From Candidatus Omnitrophota bacterium (GTDB taxonomy: Bacteria; Omnitrophota; Omnitrophia; Omnitrophales; Aquincolibacteriaceae): DNA of 64,000 nt. The stretch is taken from positions 92,150 through 156,149 of the forward strand of contig JAUYMS010000042.1 in assembly GCA_030698625.1 (NCBI GenBank). The letters are read 5' to 3'. The DNA is not shown here. Numbering within the stretch: the first letter of the stretch is position 1. Below: more notes on the stretch, generated by a model. It searched no databases. It was not told where the DNA came from and saw nothing but the letters and a program-made list of their open reading frames with translations.

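Overview
This 64-kb window (about 55% GC, bacterial, taxon not determinable from sequence alone) reads as an ordinary chromosomal gene set with a giant gene at its 3' end and a second, motif-sharing large gene at its 5' end. Both run off the window.

Giant gene (36140..>64000, minus strand). A single uninterrupted ORF covers the last 27.9 kb and is still open at the window edge, so it encodes at least 9283 aa. Read directly, its translation is a chain of unrelated enzyme domains: FHA, GT4 glycosyltransferase, PlsC-type acyltransferase (HX4D), HEAT repeats, an HxGH cytidylyl/adenylyl-transferase, two ASKHA/ROK sugar-kinase-like domains, a GT-A-like domain, a Rossmann NAD-epimerase, an HExxH (M48-like) metallopeptidase, a UbiB/ABC1 kinase-like domain, two LOG/SLOG domains and two SAM methyltransferases. 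Several transmembrane segments lie in between.

RSELR motif. The giant protein is punctuated nine times by the pentapeptide RSELR at what look like domain junctions. The same motif occurs four more times in a second large, 3'-truncated minus-strand gene at 1..4194. That gene has no entry in the ORF track because it has no in-window stop. It encodes a signal-peptide protein whose protein-kinase-like domain is exactly bracketed by two RSELR motifs. I consider this recurring motif in two giant multi-enzyme proteins the most interesting, apparently undescribed signal here. It could be a processing site (polyprotein-like), a phospho-acceptor site, or a docking motif.

Genes between the two large genes:
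- an RND efflux pump, a class I glutamine amidotransferase and a SpoU methyltransferase
- a CBS-korA-korB-CBS operon (2-oxoacid:ferredoxin oxidoreductase)
- two GT-C/GT39-like polytopic membrane proteins, one with TPR repeats sitting immediately downstream of the giant gene
- serC, bcp and cbiX
- three paralogous response regulators (two with an N-terminal zinc ribbon plus two receiver domains) and two paralogous PAS histidine kinases
- pdxH, a NUDIX hydrolase, two NAD-binding epimerase-like proteins and a Sir2 deacylase
- an HExxH-protein/ATP-grasp pair
- rfbC, a Tat-signal aldo/keto reductase, SixA and a family-4 uracil-DNA glycosylase
- several small proteins

Other elements: a roughly 510-bp nested inverted-repeat (foldback) element sits between two response-regulator genes, and a 370-bp AT-rich island lies upstream of a small secreted protein. 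No rRNA, tRNA or CRISPR array was recognised.
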